A stretch of 63,208 nucleotides of DNA, counting the filler, from Octopus bimaculoides (lineage: Eukaryota): the NCBI RefSeq assembly GCF_001194135.2. It is 5 parts of 5 records of this genome, joined end to end, with 100 filler letters (N's around TTAATTAATTAA, not from the genome) between each part and the next. Parts side by side here need not be neighbours in the genome. Positions count along the whole stretch, not along the records: positions 1 to 19,086 come from NC_069000.1; 4 more parts are not named here. The stretch is one strand, 5' to 3'. The position numbers and the translations under genes are program-made. Below the pieces are notes generated by a model, which worked only from the letters and a program-made list of their open reading frames with translations, had not been told where the DNA came from and did no database searches. Of the stretch, positions 1 through 13,975 are shown piece by piece. Each line of letters starts with the position of its first letter. The stretch's first letter is position 1.

Positions 1-64
1 TATATATACATTTACATATGCACAGATACAGCGAGAGAGAGAGAGATATATTCATACATACAAG

Positions 65-475
65 AACAACGGACCTGATATAATGATTTGGGATAGAGAA
101 GAGAAACTGTGCACAGTTGTGGAAATCAGCTGCTCAGCGGATGTTAACATAAAGCTGGAGATCAGTGAAAGAAATAGCATCTACCCTGAACTGTTGAGAA
201 ATCTGCAGTTACTCTATCCAGATTACAATTTCAGGCTTATACCTGTAATTACTGTGGCAATGGGATATGTAACACACTGTCAAAATAACAAATCTTGAGA
301 AATTAGGCATCTCAAATCCAGAATGGAGAAAGCTAATTTGAAGGCTACAGATCCAATCTATCACTGGAACCGTAAAATTTGTAAAACTTGCCAGAATTTC
401 ATCATTTAAATATATATGAGCATGTCTAGATATGTAACTATATGCATGAAAGTATATAAATAAAACAAAACATAG
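65..475 (+). mobile_element. 3' fragment of an RLE-type (R2 superfamily) non-LTR retrotransposon
   Basis: Translates as (G)PDIMIWDREEKLCTVVEISC..DVNIKL.ISE....Y.ELLRNLQLLYPDY.FR.IPVI, a PD-(D/E)xK restriction-like endonuclease C-terminus with a frameshift. A second copy lies at 3985-4405. Confidence 0.8.
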
Positions 476-480
476 AAATA

Positions 481-660
<180 letters not shown>

Positions 661-1702
661 CAAACAAGAATATCCTGTTGTCGGAGCTGAAAGTCCAATG
701 AAGGTGCTTGGATCCAGTTTAGAAACCGGATCTTTCTCTATCTTGAAATCTTGAAATAAAACTGAACAATGACATACGTACATACATATTTGTGAGCAGA
801 GAGAAAGAAGTGGAGAGAAGGAAGAATAAAAAGGAACTCAGAAAAATGTTGACATCGGCATTAAATCTTTATATAAAGTACAGGTTTTTCGGGAGATTAG
901 CAGAGATTAGCTACGTGAAGTAATCCCGTTGATGCAGCACTTTCAGAAAAATAGGCAAAACACGAAAAGTGATTTTAGTTTACAAGGTTTTATTCCTGTG
1001 GTTTAAATTATTTATTGTAATCGAAAAAAAACTTGACGACCAGATATTTCAAGTTTGAAGATAACAAAATATTTTCTAAAAGATACGTCATTTCGTTAAT
1101 GAGAGGACTTTCCGACATTTCGTTATTTAATCTGAAGAACTGGGCTTTGGAGACAAACCCAACAATGTAACTTGATGTCCATATTTACTGCATGGAATGG
1201 TACCTGACAATTAGTAATTCCTGACGTAGGTGTGTAGAACCGTTTGCAGAGTATTCTTACCATTATTAAAGAAAACAAAAGATCCTATCCTGAATTCCAA
1301 AGCTACCAATGGCTGCAATTCAGGATGTTTTTTAATCTTAAGTAATGTATCACCTGCACGCTCTCATCTTGGCACTCCGAACGAAGGTTGGAATTTATTT
1401 CTAACATTAATTGGACAATTTTCAGCTTCTAGAATTAAATAACGTTCCATGGAACAATTATATCACATTCTCAGTCTCTATGGTGTAATTCTTACATCAT
1501 TGACGATACGTCAGCAGAAGTTTCAACGACTCACACCAAAGATGGTGACAGGCAGAATGTCTACAGCCCTTTAATGGCAATTTTAATTGCTTCGTAAACT
1601 TTACGTGTTTTTCAAAAGTGTATGACTCTAATAAGACGATGCTTACTGAAAGTACCTCACACTTTGTTATTTTCCCCCTTTACACTCACATATACACAGG
1701 CA

Positions 1703-1747
<45 letters not shown>

Positions 1748-2060
1748 GAACTCACACACACACACACATACGCACTCACACACACACATATACATATCTG
1801 TGTAGGAGCGCTGTATACATTGTATATATATATATACNNNNNNNNNNNNNNNNNNNNNNNNNNNNNNNNNNNNNNNNNNNNNNNNNNNNNNNNNNNNNNN
1901 NNNNNNNNNNNNNNNNNNNNNNNNNNNNNNNNNNNNNNNNNNNNNNNNNNNNNNNNNNNNNNNNNNNNNNNNNNNNNNNNNNNNNNNNNNNNNNNNNNNN
2001 NNNNNNNNNNNNNNNNNNNNNNNNNNNNNNNNNNNNNNNNNNNNNNNNNNNNNNNNNNNN

Positions 2061-2133
<73 letters not shown>

Positions 2134-2164
2134 TGTATGTATGTATGTATGTATATAAAAGCTC

Positions 2165-2523
2165 AGATGTCGCTCCTTCAGACTATAACTTGTTTGGACC
2201 GCTCCAGCATCCTCTTTTAGATCCATTTGCTACGGACGAAAAACGCAGGTAGATGTGCATACGTAGCTGAACAGCCAGTTGAAATCTTTCTCCTATGAAT
2301 TATGGAATGTTGTGGAATCCTACGAGAAGCGCATTATTTTTGCTTCACATAAACAAGAGAGCGTATAAATTTTGACTGACGATCGCGGCCAAAATTTTGG
2401 ATCATAGGTCTGAAAATTAGAAATTATGCATTAAATGCCTAAAATTAAATTTGGTCGGAGCGTATATTGGACATAATAACTAATTCCTTTTTTAAATATT
2501 TCAAACTTTTGACCACGACTGTA
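2165..2523 (+). mobile_element. Tc1/mariner relic (transposase C-terminal fragment plus TIR-like end)
   Basis: 2167-2250 reads DVAPSDYNLFGPLQH, like mariner PDLAPSDYHLF. The end TTTTGACCACGACTGTA resembles a Tc1-type TIR followed by TA. Confidence 0.55.
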
Positions 2524-3984
2524 ACCTCATATTTAGCATACTTTTTCTGAGATGTCGAGACATTTTATTACTGCATGAAATACATATAATTTATTTACAC
2601 TGAATTTAGTTAAAATAATCAGCAGTTGAAACTTTTAAGACATTTGGTAAACATGTAAACTTCATACTTATAAAATATATTGCAAATGAATATTGCTAAC
2701 GTATGCAAATCAATAAAATTATTTGCATACAGGTGTCTTTAAATGTTCACATAAAATATATGTAAAACATGTAAAGACATACTGATAACGAGTATTTCGT
2801 AAACATTTACTACACATCTTGCAACACATCTTGAAGAATATGGTATTTGTGGCATGTGATTACTGTATTAAAGAAGTTTAACTAACTCCAATGGAATAAG
2901 AGAAGTGTAAGTGTAGTAAGAACAGGAGATATGTAGAAAGCCAAGAGATGGTGTGAGGAGATATATTGATGTCTATGAAGGAATTTGGGGAAATAAAGGA
3001 CTCAGCTGAAACGGAGTTGATTAGTTGCAAGAACATGAGATGTAAAAGATCAGTAATGGGCTAACAGCATGTTATGAATATCCGGACAAACCTTGTGAGA
3101 GAGAAGGTTGCTTAAGGATTGAGGAGGGTGACGAAGCAGAGAGGTAAGAGGAGGAGGAGAATACAGGAAAAAGAGGAACAAGATTGTGTAGAAAAAGAGA
3201 AAAGACGCATCAAGAGAAAGAGATAAGAGAGAACGAGTTTCATTGCAGAAGACCATGAGAAGGAACGGTAAATAAGGAGGATATATACGAATAATAGTCG
3301 AGGAGGAGAAAATAATTCCGACGCTTGTGAATAAACAGAGTTTCTTTCAGAAAGAAACAGAGTGGGAGATAGAGGAATAAGACTGGAAGGAAAAGAAAGG
3401 CGACAGTGGTCCAGAAATAAAAGGAACGCGTGTAGTTATAAAAGGAAGGTAAATCAGCATTGTATTGCAAGAGGTCTTGTGAAAGAACGGGATAGAACCG
3501 GAGTAAATTGGAAGATAATAGGAGAAACATAAGAAAAATAGCTGCGATTGGCTGAGGACCTTGCAAAGCCATAATAAATTATAAGAAAGGAAATTAGGGT
3601 CGTCACCTGGTGATAGAGTTACTAAACTGATTTACTAACAGGAGGTAATTAATCTGCTTGCAAAAAAGCGTTAACTAAATTTTGCTTTCTGTGACAAAGT
3701 TGAAATTCTTTTAACATTCAAATTTAAATTGTATTTTTGTAAGGTTGCTTGAATGTAATTATGGATAGTTTAATTACTAGTTAATTACTTGTTATTTGAT
3801 AAATTCGTTATATGCATTGCAGTTATAAATCTACTAACGGTGCTGTGATATTAGTTGAGTACGGTTACTTTCAAAAGATTGAGAATATGTATCGAGACAG
3901 ACATACACACACACACAAACACACACACAGATACACATACACTCATCAACAGGTTATCTTTGTATGTATGAATGTATGTATGTA

Positions 3985-4405
3985 TTTTTTATGTACATCG
4001 TTTCATGCATACATTTGCATATCTAGGCATGTTCATATGTATTGAAACGATAGACGTTGGGAATGTTTTACAGATTTTTACAGACGAATTGGATATGCTG
4101 TCTTCGAATTAGCTTTCTGCCTTCTGGTTTTGAGAAGCCTAATTTCTCAAGATTGGTATTTAGGCCGTGTGTTACATATCCCAGTGTCCCCAATAATTAC
4201 AGGTATAAACCTGAACTTGTAATCTGGATAGAGTAACTGTAGATTTCTCAATAGTTCAGCATAGGTGTTCTCCTTTTCACTGATCTTCAGCTTTATGTTA
4301 ACATCCGCTGGGCAGCTAATTTCCACAACTGTGCACAGTTTCTCTTCTCTATCCCAAATCATTATATCAGGCCTGTTGTGATTGCATTTTATTGAGGCTT
4401 TGATA
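3985..4405 (-). mobile_element. 3' fragment of the same RLE-type non-LTR family, inverted relative to 65-475
   Basis: ORF 4147-4422(-) contains HNRPDIMIWDREEKLCTVVEISCPADVNIKLKISEKENTYAELLRNLQLLYPDYKFRFIPVIIG; the 3' UTR resembles that of copy 1. Confidence 0.85.
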
Positions 4406-4689
4406 TATATGCGTGTATGCATGTATGTTCTTACGTATGTGTACGTCTTTGTGATTGTCCCTTTGTCTTCTATAAACTAGCGGTTCGGCAAAAGTAACCG
4501 ATAGAATAACAACCAATTATGAAATTACGATGGCCATTGATCAGGGACTGAAATTTGTAAAGCAGAAATGCAAGGACGAAGGGATTAATTATTCTGAATG
4601 GTAATTATACAAATTTGCCAAAGTTCATTAGTAATTAAGGGATTGGCATTGATGTTAGTTATAATCAACATTATCGTTTGTGTGCCATC

Positions 4690-4869
4690 AATATAATCAC
4701 AAGCCATCGTCACCAGTCTCTCTATCGCCGCCCCGCACCCATCATCATCATCGTCAGCACAATTATCGTCGTCGTCGTCTTCGTCTTCACCGTCATCACT
4801 GTCACCGTCATCACCATCATCATCATCAGCAGCATCACCTTCATCATCATCAGCAGCAGCAGCATCACC

Positions 4870-4911
<42 letters not shown>

Positions 4912-5488
4912 GTCGACATTGTTATCATCACAACTGTCTTCCTGGTCGTCGTCGTCGTCGTCGTCGCTGTCATCATTATTATCATCATCATCATTATCCT
5001 CGTTCCCATCGTCATCATCATCATCATCATCATCATCATAATCACTGCAATTACAACCACCACCTCCATGATCATCATCAACTTCATTGTCATCGTTTTC
5101 CTCATCTTTTTCATCGCCGTCGTCGTCGTCACCTACACCTTCTCCCCTCTCCCTTCCCATTACTTCTCCTCCTCCACCTTTTCCTTCTCTTTTCTTCCTC
5201 CTCCTCTTCCTCTTCCTTCTCTTCCTCCTCTTCCTCCTCCTCATCTTCATCCTCCTCCTCTTCATCGTCATTGTTGTCGACACCTATGAATATCTGATCG
5301 CCTATTTATTATCAACATCTTTCGTGATTTGCGTAATATACATTGCGAGTTCGATTCACATCAGATCAATAAAATACCTCATCAAATACAGGGATTGATT
5401 TATTGACGATAAACAACGTCACAAACTCCGGGCTTCCACCCCACATACATATTAGCAATACTAATCATCATCACCCGTATCGTCGTCG

Positions 5489-5529
<41 letters not shown>

Positions 5530-5617
5530 GTCTTCGTTGTCTTTCTCCAACTACTCATCAAGGTCATAATCATTGTCGTTATCATCATCATAACCCTTGA
5601 CATCATCGTCGTCATCG

Positions 5618-5648
<31 letters not shown>

Positions 5649-5960
5649 AATCATTATCATCATGAATATTATACCACTACCTCTTTCCCTTCCTCTTTCT
5701 TTTCTACTTCCACCTCTTCCTCTTCCACCCGATCCCCCCTTCCTGTTCCTTCTCATCATCATCAACATCATCGCCGTTATCATCTTCCACTTCATCATCG
5801 TTATTATCCTTTTTCATCGTTGAAATTACCATCACCAACATGAACATCACCATTACCAAGTCATCGCCCAAACCAGCATCTTTGTCATCGTTGACGTCAT
5901 CGTCAGCCTCGTCGACGTCATCGTTATGATCCTCGTAGTCACCCACTTCGTCATCGTCGT
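4690..5960. repeat. Compound trinucleotide low-complexity tract (ATC/GTC/CTT/CTC)
   Basis: Long runs of (CAT)n, (CGT)n and (CTT)n; several frames on both strands are open as poly-H/D/I/M. Confidence 0.95.
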
Positions 5961-6238
5961 CACATTTGTCAGCACTTTACCCAGGTTAACACATCTATAA
6001 AGCTCTAATCAGATCACACCAGAAAATTAAGTCCGCAACTCTTACACCTCTTCACACGTTCTTTAAAATTCCTTCGCCCCCACTCACACCTCACCTACAG
6101 CAAAACACGCGGAGATTATCATTGTCCATTAGGCATTCCGTTACAAGAAATAGTCAATTAGGACTTTGTAACTCATTACATTCCACCAATTAGGCATAAT
6201 TGCCCATAACTGTATATCTATAAAGAGATACATTCGCA

Positions 6239-6310
<72 letters not shown>

Positions 6311-7442
6311 TATGTATGTAATATATACATCTTCATGTCTACGAATATCTACGTTTTGGCTGCCATTTTGAATTTTGAGTGCTAAACGCAATTTATCGCC
6401 AGATTTGCATCAAATTTACGTAACACAGTGAAGCGCTATGATCGCATATGCTACTAATTCAATGGCTAATCCACCCCTTCATTGCCTCCTTTAATTTTGT
6501 TATTTTCTTCTCCCGTTGATATACAGGGTGATCCGGCTAAATTTGAAGTTGTTTTTTCTTGTTTTTAATGTTCTTGATGCCATTGTGTTTTGGGTACAAC
6601 TTGATGCATTAGTTAACAGCCAGCGGCGTAGAAGTGTATAACGGTTATAACTGTAGATGAGAAAAACGCTAGATCACATGAATGATTTGAAGACATCTGG
6701 TTATCGGAAAATATTTGCCTGTAACAAGACGATTCGCCCAGGGTGTTTTGGTGTGTAAGAGTTGTGAGTATGTATGTATGTATGTATGTATGTATGTATG
6801 TATGTATGTACATATGTATGTATGTATATTCCTATATTCATTTATTTGTTTCAGTCATCTGACTGCTGTCATGCTGGAGCACTGCCTTTTGTGCATGTAT
6901 GTATGCAGGTGCATTTATAGGTGACCCAAGGTCCTATATGAATCAACATAATCGTTTGTTTTCTTTATTTTTTATAGCCTATCTATCTAGCTGTTAAGTT
7001 GCTTTTTGTTTGTTTTTCCAGCACCAGATAACATGTTATCAATATACAGCAGAACAGCAGTTCGACATTTTTCTCGGATTGTTTCCTTCTTCAACCATTA
7101 AATTGTCTTTCTCCAAAAACTTATATTCTTCATTTACTTTGAGTGCAGTTAATAATTTCCAGACGACGGTAAGCACGTAGTCGGTGTATGATTACTGACT
7201 TCCGCCTTTTCTGTTTGTCGTTCTACTAACTCTGTGTTTGATGTTTGTCCTCAGTGGCTACCATTGTTTTTTGGGTTGTTGTTTTTTTCTTTACTTTTAT
7301 TTTTTTTTGTTACGGTCAGTAAGAAATGGTTGTATGTATCTGTGCATATTTCTGAGACTGAAAGGCCTGAATCACTGATCTGGCCTGGTCTAACAACCTC
7401 GTATTTTTCCAAAGCATCTTCTTCATTTCCTCATCTGTAATA

Positions 7443-7484
<42 letters not shown>

Positions 7485-9254
7485 NNNNNNNNNNNNNNNN
7501 NNNNNNNNNNNNNNNNNNNNNNNNNNNNNNNNNNNNNNNNNNNNNNNNNNNNNNNNNNNNNNNNNNNNNNNNNNNNNNNNNNNNNNNNNNNNNNNNNNNN
7601 NNNNNNNNNNNNNNNNNNNNNNNNNNNNNNNNNNNNNNNNNNNNNNNNNNNNNNNNNNNNNNNNNNNNNNNGGGGGGGGGGGTATGTAATTTTATTTGTG
7701 TGTAGATTTTCTGTATTGTTTTTTTTCAGTCTGAATGTTCACTATGTAACGTGAGCAACAGCGCCGACAGCGCTGTCATATGCCGTTTCCGTATGCATGT
7801 CCTAATACATTGTGTATATAACGTCCTCCATTTCATTGATTTTTGTCTTTCCCGAGGCAGTCAGTATTAGAACGATTGTCTGTGTCGTCTGCAATCCCCA
7901 CATCTTGGTTGTCTCCTTTCCGCTCTTTTACTTGGCTTCCATTCATTCAAATTTTCCTTAAAGTATACAACGCTGACCACCTGATTAGTAGGCATTGTTT
8001 CTCTTGTTCCTCTTTATTTTTCTGCATCATGTATATTTTCTTTTTGTTTTTTCTTTCTGATAACAGATCAGAAAACTATTTGAGACATTGTAAATTGTGT
8101 CTCGAAATATGGTCGCTTTGCAATTCACCGAGACCTGCTTTTTTTGTGCGTTTGTTTTTCCCTTTCTTCTGAATGCGATTGTTTCGTCACAGTCACAAAT
8201 ATAAACTAACTCGGTATGTCTTTTTATAATAATCTGTTTTCTTTAATGATTATATAATTATCAGCCATAAACAATTTCTTTTTTATCATTTCGTTATCGT
8301 ATTCACATAATCACCTCTTAATTTTTATGCTTTGCTTCCTTTCTATGTTTCTGTCAAATTTCTGTTTGGGAAAAATCAAATTTATATCGTAATTAAATAA
8401 AAGCAGAAACAGATCGACCACAACACCAAAAATTAGAAAGTATTTCATACGTTTTTAATCTCTAAATTCACATATTCTGTTCTTAATCTGTTGTGATTAA
8501 ACTTTGCATATATTTTATTTAAATTTTTCATTGGAACACTTTAGGGTTGTCTGCTGATTAAATAAACAGCCTTCGTTCTTATCTTCTAGTAATGTGTGCT
8601 TTCAAAAACACACCAATGGAAGTAAGTTTGTAATACTTCAGGCTTCTTCAGTATTTTAGAAAACAATAAAAATGGGGTTATTTTTTTTGTAGCAATGTAT
8701 GGCAATCCCTGCACAGTTTCTAATCTAACATTTACAGTATATATTTTAGAAATAGTCTTTCGTATTTCTATCTTCTATTGAAGGCTGTTTGTCATCATAA
8801 CTTCTTTTCATATACACTTACCTTCATGCTTTTATTTTCAATTCATTCCTTCTTTGCTAAATATTACTATTATTTCACTTGCTAAAAAATTCTCCAACCT
8901 CATGTTTGTAGTAATATTTTTCTTTCATTTTTTTTTTTTGGTATATGGGTATTCTGTTATGAATGCATTCATTATTTTCTATTTTCTTCTTGTGAGTCCC
9001 TATCTAATCTATATAATTTATGTTGTTTCCAGTTGATAGAATAATTGTTAGTAATTACTAAAACACCTTGAGTATTCATATCTGCAAGTTTGCTTTTAAC
9101 ATTTAGTTCGACACACACAACCTTAATCTCCTAGATTAATAACCTTTGTTTAGCCTTTTCTTTCATTTGTGTAGGTTTATCGATTACATCAATGATCAAC
9201 TGTATGAAGGATTTTACTTCCGTTTTAGCATTCAATTCACCTTCGAATAATAAC

Positions 9255-9520
9255 ATTCTTCTTCTCCGTCTTCTTTTCCATCTTTCTCTTCTTCTTCTCC
9301 TCCTCTTCCTTCTTCTCCTCTTCCTTCTTCTTCTCCTCTTCCTTCCTTCTTCTTCTTCTCCTCCTCTTCCTTCTTCTTCTCCACCTCTTCCTTCTTCTTC
9401 TTCTTCTCCTCCTTCTTCGTCTCCCCGCATCTTCCCCATTCTTCTTTCTCACCTCCCTCCCATCTTTTTTCTCCTTTCTCTTATTTTCCTCTTCTTTACT
9501 TCCAATGGATTTTCTTCTTC
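9255..9520. repeat. (CTT/CTC)n pyrimidine-rich microsatellite
   Basis: Direct reading. Confidence 0.9.
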
Positions 9521-9699
9521 TGGTCTCGTTGGTGTCTATGTATGCCCGTATCGATATCTGCGTGTGTGTGCACACGAACGCATGCGTGCTACCTAATTAT
9601 CGCTTCGACCATTTCTCTTATCACAAAGGAAAATATATCAAGATTTCTTTCTACATTTCGTTTTCATAGAAACTGCTGTAAGTTCACGCAATATTTTCA

Positions 9700-10277
9700 C
9701 ACCAGGGGGCGGCGAGCTGGCCAAATCGTCAGTAGTAATGGAGACGTTATGCCTCCTTTCATCTTCCCACACAACCTGAGACTCAACACGGAGGCATACA
9801 TCAAGTGCTGAGAGGAGGTAGTGCTGCCTTGGGTCCAGACGGTAGCTGCTGGAAGACCCTATGTCTGGCAACAGGATTCTGCACCATCCCACATAAGCAG
9901 GAGAACTCAGTCCTAGCTATCAGACAATTCCTGCGACCACATCTCCCCTAATATCTGGCCACCTAACTCCCCAGACTTCAAACCCCTTGATTACTATGTG
10001 TGGGGCGCAGTTGAGCGAGAGAACAGCAAAACTCCTTGTAAAACCAAAGATGAACTGAAGGCAAGGATTATAGTAGCATTCACCAACTTAAACAAGGAGA
10101 CTGTCCAGTGGTCTCGGGGCCGTGGTTGAAGCCAATGGCAATTTTATTAAATACAGTTAATCGTTAGTCTTTCAAGATATTTCTATGTTATTTTAGTGAA
10201 TATATCTGTTAAAATGAGATGTCAGTATTATTTTCCTCTGCGTACTCCAGACGACAGTTTATTCATCGCACCCTGTG
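9700..10277 (+). mobile_element. maT (DD37D) Tc1/mariner transposon, 5'-truncated and inactivated
   Basis: Reads VVSSNGDVMPPFIF...PYVWQQDSAPSH...WPPNSPDFKPLDYYVWGAVERE..K.PC.TKDELKARI, with 37 residues between the 2nd and 3rd catalytic D and two in-frame stops. It ends in GCACCCTGT, a TIR-like end. Confidence 0.85.
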
Positions 10278-10705
10278 TATATATATATGCTGTATATAGA
10301 ATCTGAATATAAGAATGTTTACTGTGTAGTGTGAGACAGTTAAACATATGAGTGAGCCTGTAAGAAGTGAATATTTGAACAACCAGTTATGCGTACACTG
10401 CCATGATATATATGAACATTGTGTGTATTTATGCATGAATATATAAGATAGATTTTGGTGTCACCTCTGCGCATGTATAATTAATGCTGTATTGCAAAAT
10501 GGCAACATGAAATATGAAACTATTAGGCAAATAGATGTGACATTAGGAATACATATAGGTAAATCAGGCTTTTCAAACTGGTTTTCTGTCAACGGCACCT
10601 GAATTACAAATGTAGAATTCATTTCGATAAAAGCAGAGAGGAAATATATCACTGCCGTTACTACTGCTGCTGCTGCTACTCCTCCTCCTACTACTACTAC
10701 TACTA

Positions 10706-10923
10706 GAGGGTGTTGAAAAGTTCCTCTCGTTGAGGAAATTGCGAAAAGCCTAGTTATGGGGGTGCAAACTTCTGCATTCTTTCACAGGGCTTCGAGAAAC
10801 GGAAGGACCGCTGCAATAAGCGTGTGAATCTGTGGGAGAAATATGTTAAATAAAATCATAATTAACTGATCCTTCTGTATTTTCTTTTACCCAAAGCCAG
10901 GAACTTTTCAGCATCCCCTCGTA
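10706..10923 (+). mobile_element. Mariner-derived MITE inserted in a (TAC)n run
   Basis: The termini GAGGGTGTTGAAAAGTTCCT and AGGAACTTTTCAGCATCCCCTCG are imperfect inverted repeats. The interior keeps the transposase C-terminus GFEKRKDRCNKRVNLWEKYVK*. Confidence 0.75.
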
Positions 10924-11644
10924 CTGCTACTACTACTACTATTAAGAATAAAAGTGAGGATAATAATAATAATAATAATAATGATAATAATAATATTATT
11001 AGTCTCACTGTTATTATTATTATTATTTCAAATTTTTAGCCACGGGGGGAGCTTGGGGGAGATGGGGATGAGTCGATTACATTGACCCCAATTTTCAACT
11101 GGTACTTATTTCATCGACACCAAAGGATGAAAGGCAAAGTCGACAGCCTTTATTTTCAAATCCAGACCCTTCCCAATAAGCACCAATTCTTTTTCTGTTT
11201 ATGCCCATAATAATTTCTTTTGGGGTATTTAGTGAGACATTATTGCCTTATCTCACTAACAGCCCCATTGAATTGTTTTTTAATCCCATAATCTGACGTT
11301 TTTCTTTTCTCTTGTTTGCTTCGCTGCGGAAGCGAAACCCTGTCTGTTGGATTTGTCATTTGCGTTTGTGTTTGCATTTTCTTCGTTGTTTTTCTTGTTC
11401 TTGTCGGTGGTGGCGCTGGCGGTGTTTCTTGCCTTATTTTTCTTTTTCTGTGTCAATGGTGCTGCTGTTAGTGCTGTTAGTACTTAAAATGGGAACTTTT
11501 AACAAAAGAACCCCTTCTGCACACCAAAAAGGGGTGCAGAAAACAAAAACAGTTAAATAATATTCAACAACCTTCAATAATACGCAAGAATAATTTTAAC
11601 TTATGGAGTGCTTAAAACACGTCTTACCTCGCCGACAAGAACAA

Positions 11645-11694
11645 CAATAACAATACTACTACTACTACTAATAATAATAATAATAATAATAATA

Positions 11695-11742
<48 letters not shown>

Positions 11743-11762
11743 TTAATAATAATAATAATAAT
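11645..11762. repeat. (TAC)n(TAA)n microsatellite
   Basis: Direct reading. Confidence 0.95.
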
Positions 11763-11892
11763 AAACGAATGATATTTCTTATACAATAAAAAAAATTTAA
11801 AGTTCAATAATGATGTTTATCAATATTTTTTTCTTTTTGTGTGTGTGTCTCACGACTTCAGATATTAATAGCAGCCAGCTCTACATAATAAT

Positions 11893-12105
11893 AATAATGG
11901 TTTCAAGGTTGCCACAAGAGCAGACTTTATTTGCGGGGAGGAGATGTGACGATTACATCAACCCCAGTGTTCAACTGGTACTTATTTTATCGACCCTGAC
12001 ATGATGAAAGTCAAAGTCGACCACGGCGGAATCTGAACTCAGAACGTAAAGATTGATGAAATACCACTAAGCATTTAGGCCGGCATTCTAACGAGACTGC
12101 AGCCT
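11893..12105 (-). mobile_element. tRNA-derived SINE, family A; other copies ~11045-11145(-), ~17980-18260(+), ~18385-18500(-), ~61190-61390(-)
   Basis: Shares the core GTTCTGAGTTCA.ATTCCGCCG.GGTCGACTTTG.CTTTCATC...GGGTCGATAAAATAAGTACCAG with 13770-13975 and 29120-29310; it has an (ATT)n tail. Confidence 0.8.
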
Positions 12106-12120
12106 TAATAATAATAATAA

Positions 12121-12170
<50 letters not shown>

Positions 12171-13370
12171 AAACATGAAAAATATTTCTTATACCATAAA
12201 AATTTTTAAAGCTCAATAATGATGTTTATCAACATTTTTTCGTTTTTAGTGTGTGTATCTCACGACTTTCTTCGGATATTAATAACAGCCAGCTCATACA
12301 TATAAAACAGCAAAAAAGAAAATAATAATAATAATGACTTAAGAGAAAGATATCGAAAAACAGCATCGATACAGATTATATAAGATCTCGGAACATTTAT
12401 AAATAACGGAAAAATAGAAGTAAATGTTTGCTCACACAATTTATTGCGACATTTATGTAAACTAACTGGTTGGAAAGCTAGAATATATAACACTGAGACG
12501 AATATTTTTAAATGATATTTGTTTACTGAGGAGACTATAAATTATTAAAATGATAATTTCTTTCAGACGTTACATTGGTAAGATCAAAATGTCGAAAATA
12601 TAAAGAACAACAATTCAAACGGAGAATTTAGAAGATAAAAAAGGTATTTAATAAGCAGTATATTTAACGTAAAAGATCCCCAGGTGGAAAATTTAAACAG
12701 AAAGATGAAAATGATTTAAAGCAGTTTATAATGATACGTTAAGAAAAATTAACTAAACCAGCCTAATAAATTTAATATGATTGCGCTCTTTTATACTAGA
12801 CAAAGCATTATGAGGACTGAGGCATCCGAGAGAGCAATGACATGAATATAAATAAATGAATATAGCCCCTTGCGTCGCTGGATGTTGAAGATGCTGTCTT
12901 TGAAATCACATGGTTTGTGTTCAGTTTCAACACGCGGACGTTTGGGAAATTGTATTCTGCTATATTCTCATGCTAGGAAGATCGAAGAATGGAGACCAGA
13001 TTAATATGGATTAATTCTTCCCAAGAGGTAAAAAGGCACGTGAGTAGGGCCTATATACAAATCTAGAAAGAAAAAAAGAGCAACGTTTAGGATGACGATT
13101 GAAAACCAACAAGCCTTTCCTCGGGGATAAGGGAAACATAAATGGCGGTACGTCGAAATCCCAAAGGAATTCGCTGATATCCGGTTGGAAGGAGCAAGCA
13201 AAACTAACCGGTGTCTTGAACAGTGGAGAAATGTTGTCCTTAACTTATTCACCAAAGAAAAGATGAACTTCAATGAAGGGATAAAATTATGCTACCAACC
13301 TTGGAATAGCCCTAATCTAGCTACTTAAATGAACTCTGTACATTTATGTTATTCTCTCCCTCATCTATAT

Positions 13371-13596
13371 CAGTGGTTCTCAACCATATTTTTGCTTATG
13401 GTCCCCTTTGATTCCTGTGGTCCCCTTTCATTCCCCTCGTAGCAATTTGATGTTTAAGGAAATGTTATATTTTTTATAATTGAATATTTTTTAGAATTCT
13501 ATAAACATAAATGCTATTGAAGAAGTATTACCAATTCCTTGCATAGAGATGTATGGATCTCTAAGGGTAATATAAGACCCTGGTCGAGGACCACTG
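13371..13596. mobile_element. hAT (Charlie-like) MITE
   Basis: TIRs CAGTGGTTCTCAACC / GGTCGAGGACCACTG; flanking 8-mers ATCTATAT / GGCTATAT match 6/8 as a TSD. Confidence 0.75.
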
Positions 13597-13769
13597 GGCT
13601 ATATTATGGAAAGCCTAACTGGGTTAATTGACAAACCACGCAACAAACCCACAAATAATTGTATCGGCTATTTTTGCTGAGATAAAGTGTAATTTAGCTC
13701 GAAACATTAGTGTATAAAATTGTTATCCAAAGACTAGCGGTTACTGTATAAAATTAGAAAAGTATTTTT

Positions 13770-13975
13770 TCTTCTGTAAGCGCAAGGCCCGAAATTTTGG
13801 GGGAGGGGGCAGTCGATTAGATCGAACCCAGTACGCAACTGGTACTTAATTTATCGACCCCGAAAGGGTACAAGGCAAAGTCGAGCTCGGCGGAATTTGA
13901 ACTCAGAAAACAAAGACAGACGAAATACCAAGACGCTTTTCACCCGGTGTCCTAACGTTTCTAACAGGTCGTTGA
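13770..13975 (-). mobile_element. tRNA-derived SINE, family A, near full length
   Basis: The minus strand has a B-box-like GAGTTCAAATTCC and the family core; CpGs are retained. Confidence 0.85.

Noticed and set aside
1256-1360. Minus-strand open frame GDTLLKIKKHPELQPLVALEFRIGSFVFFNN ending at a GTAAGA donor
   Set aside because: Weak acceptor, no partner exon and no recognised homology.
2880-3570. Purine-skewed stretch with a 110-aa hydrophobic minus ORF
   Set aside because: Probably a decayed retroelement; the hydrophobicity follows from pyrimidine bias and no diagnostic motif is assignable.
4585-5283. 232-aa ORF with a basic block then an acidic block, plus overlapping poly-His and poly-Ile ORFs
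   Set aside because: All derive from trinucleotide microsatellites open in several frames on both strands; there is no unique coding sequence.
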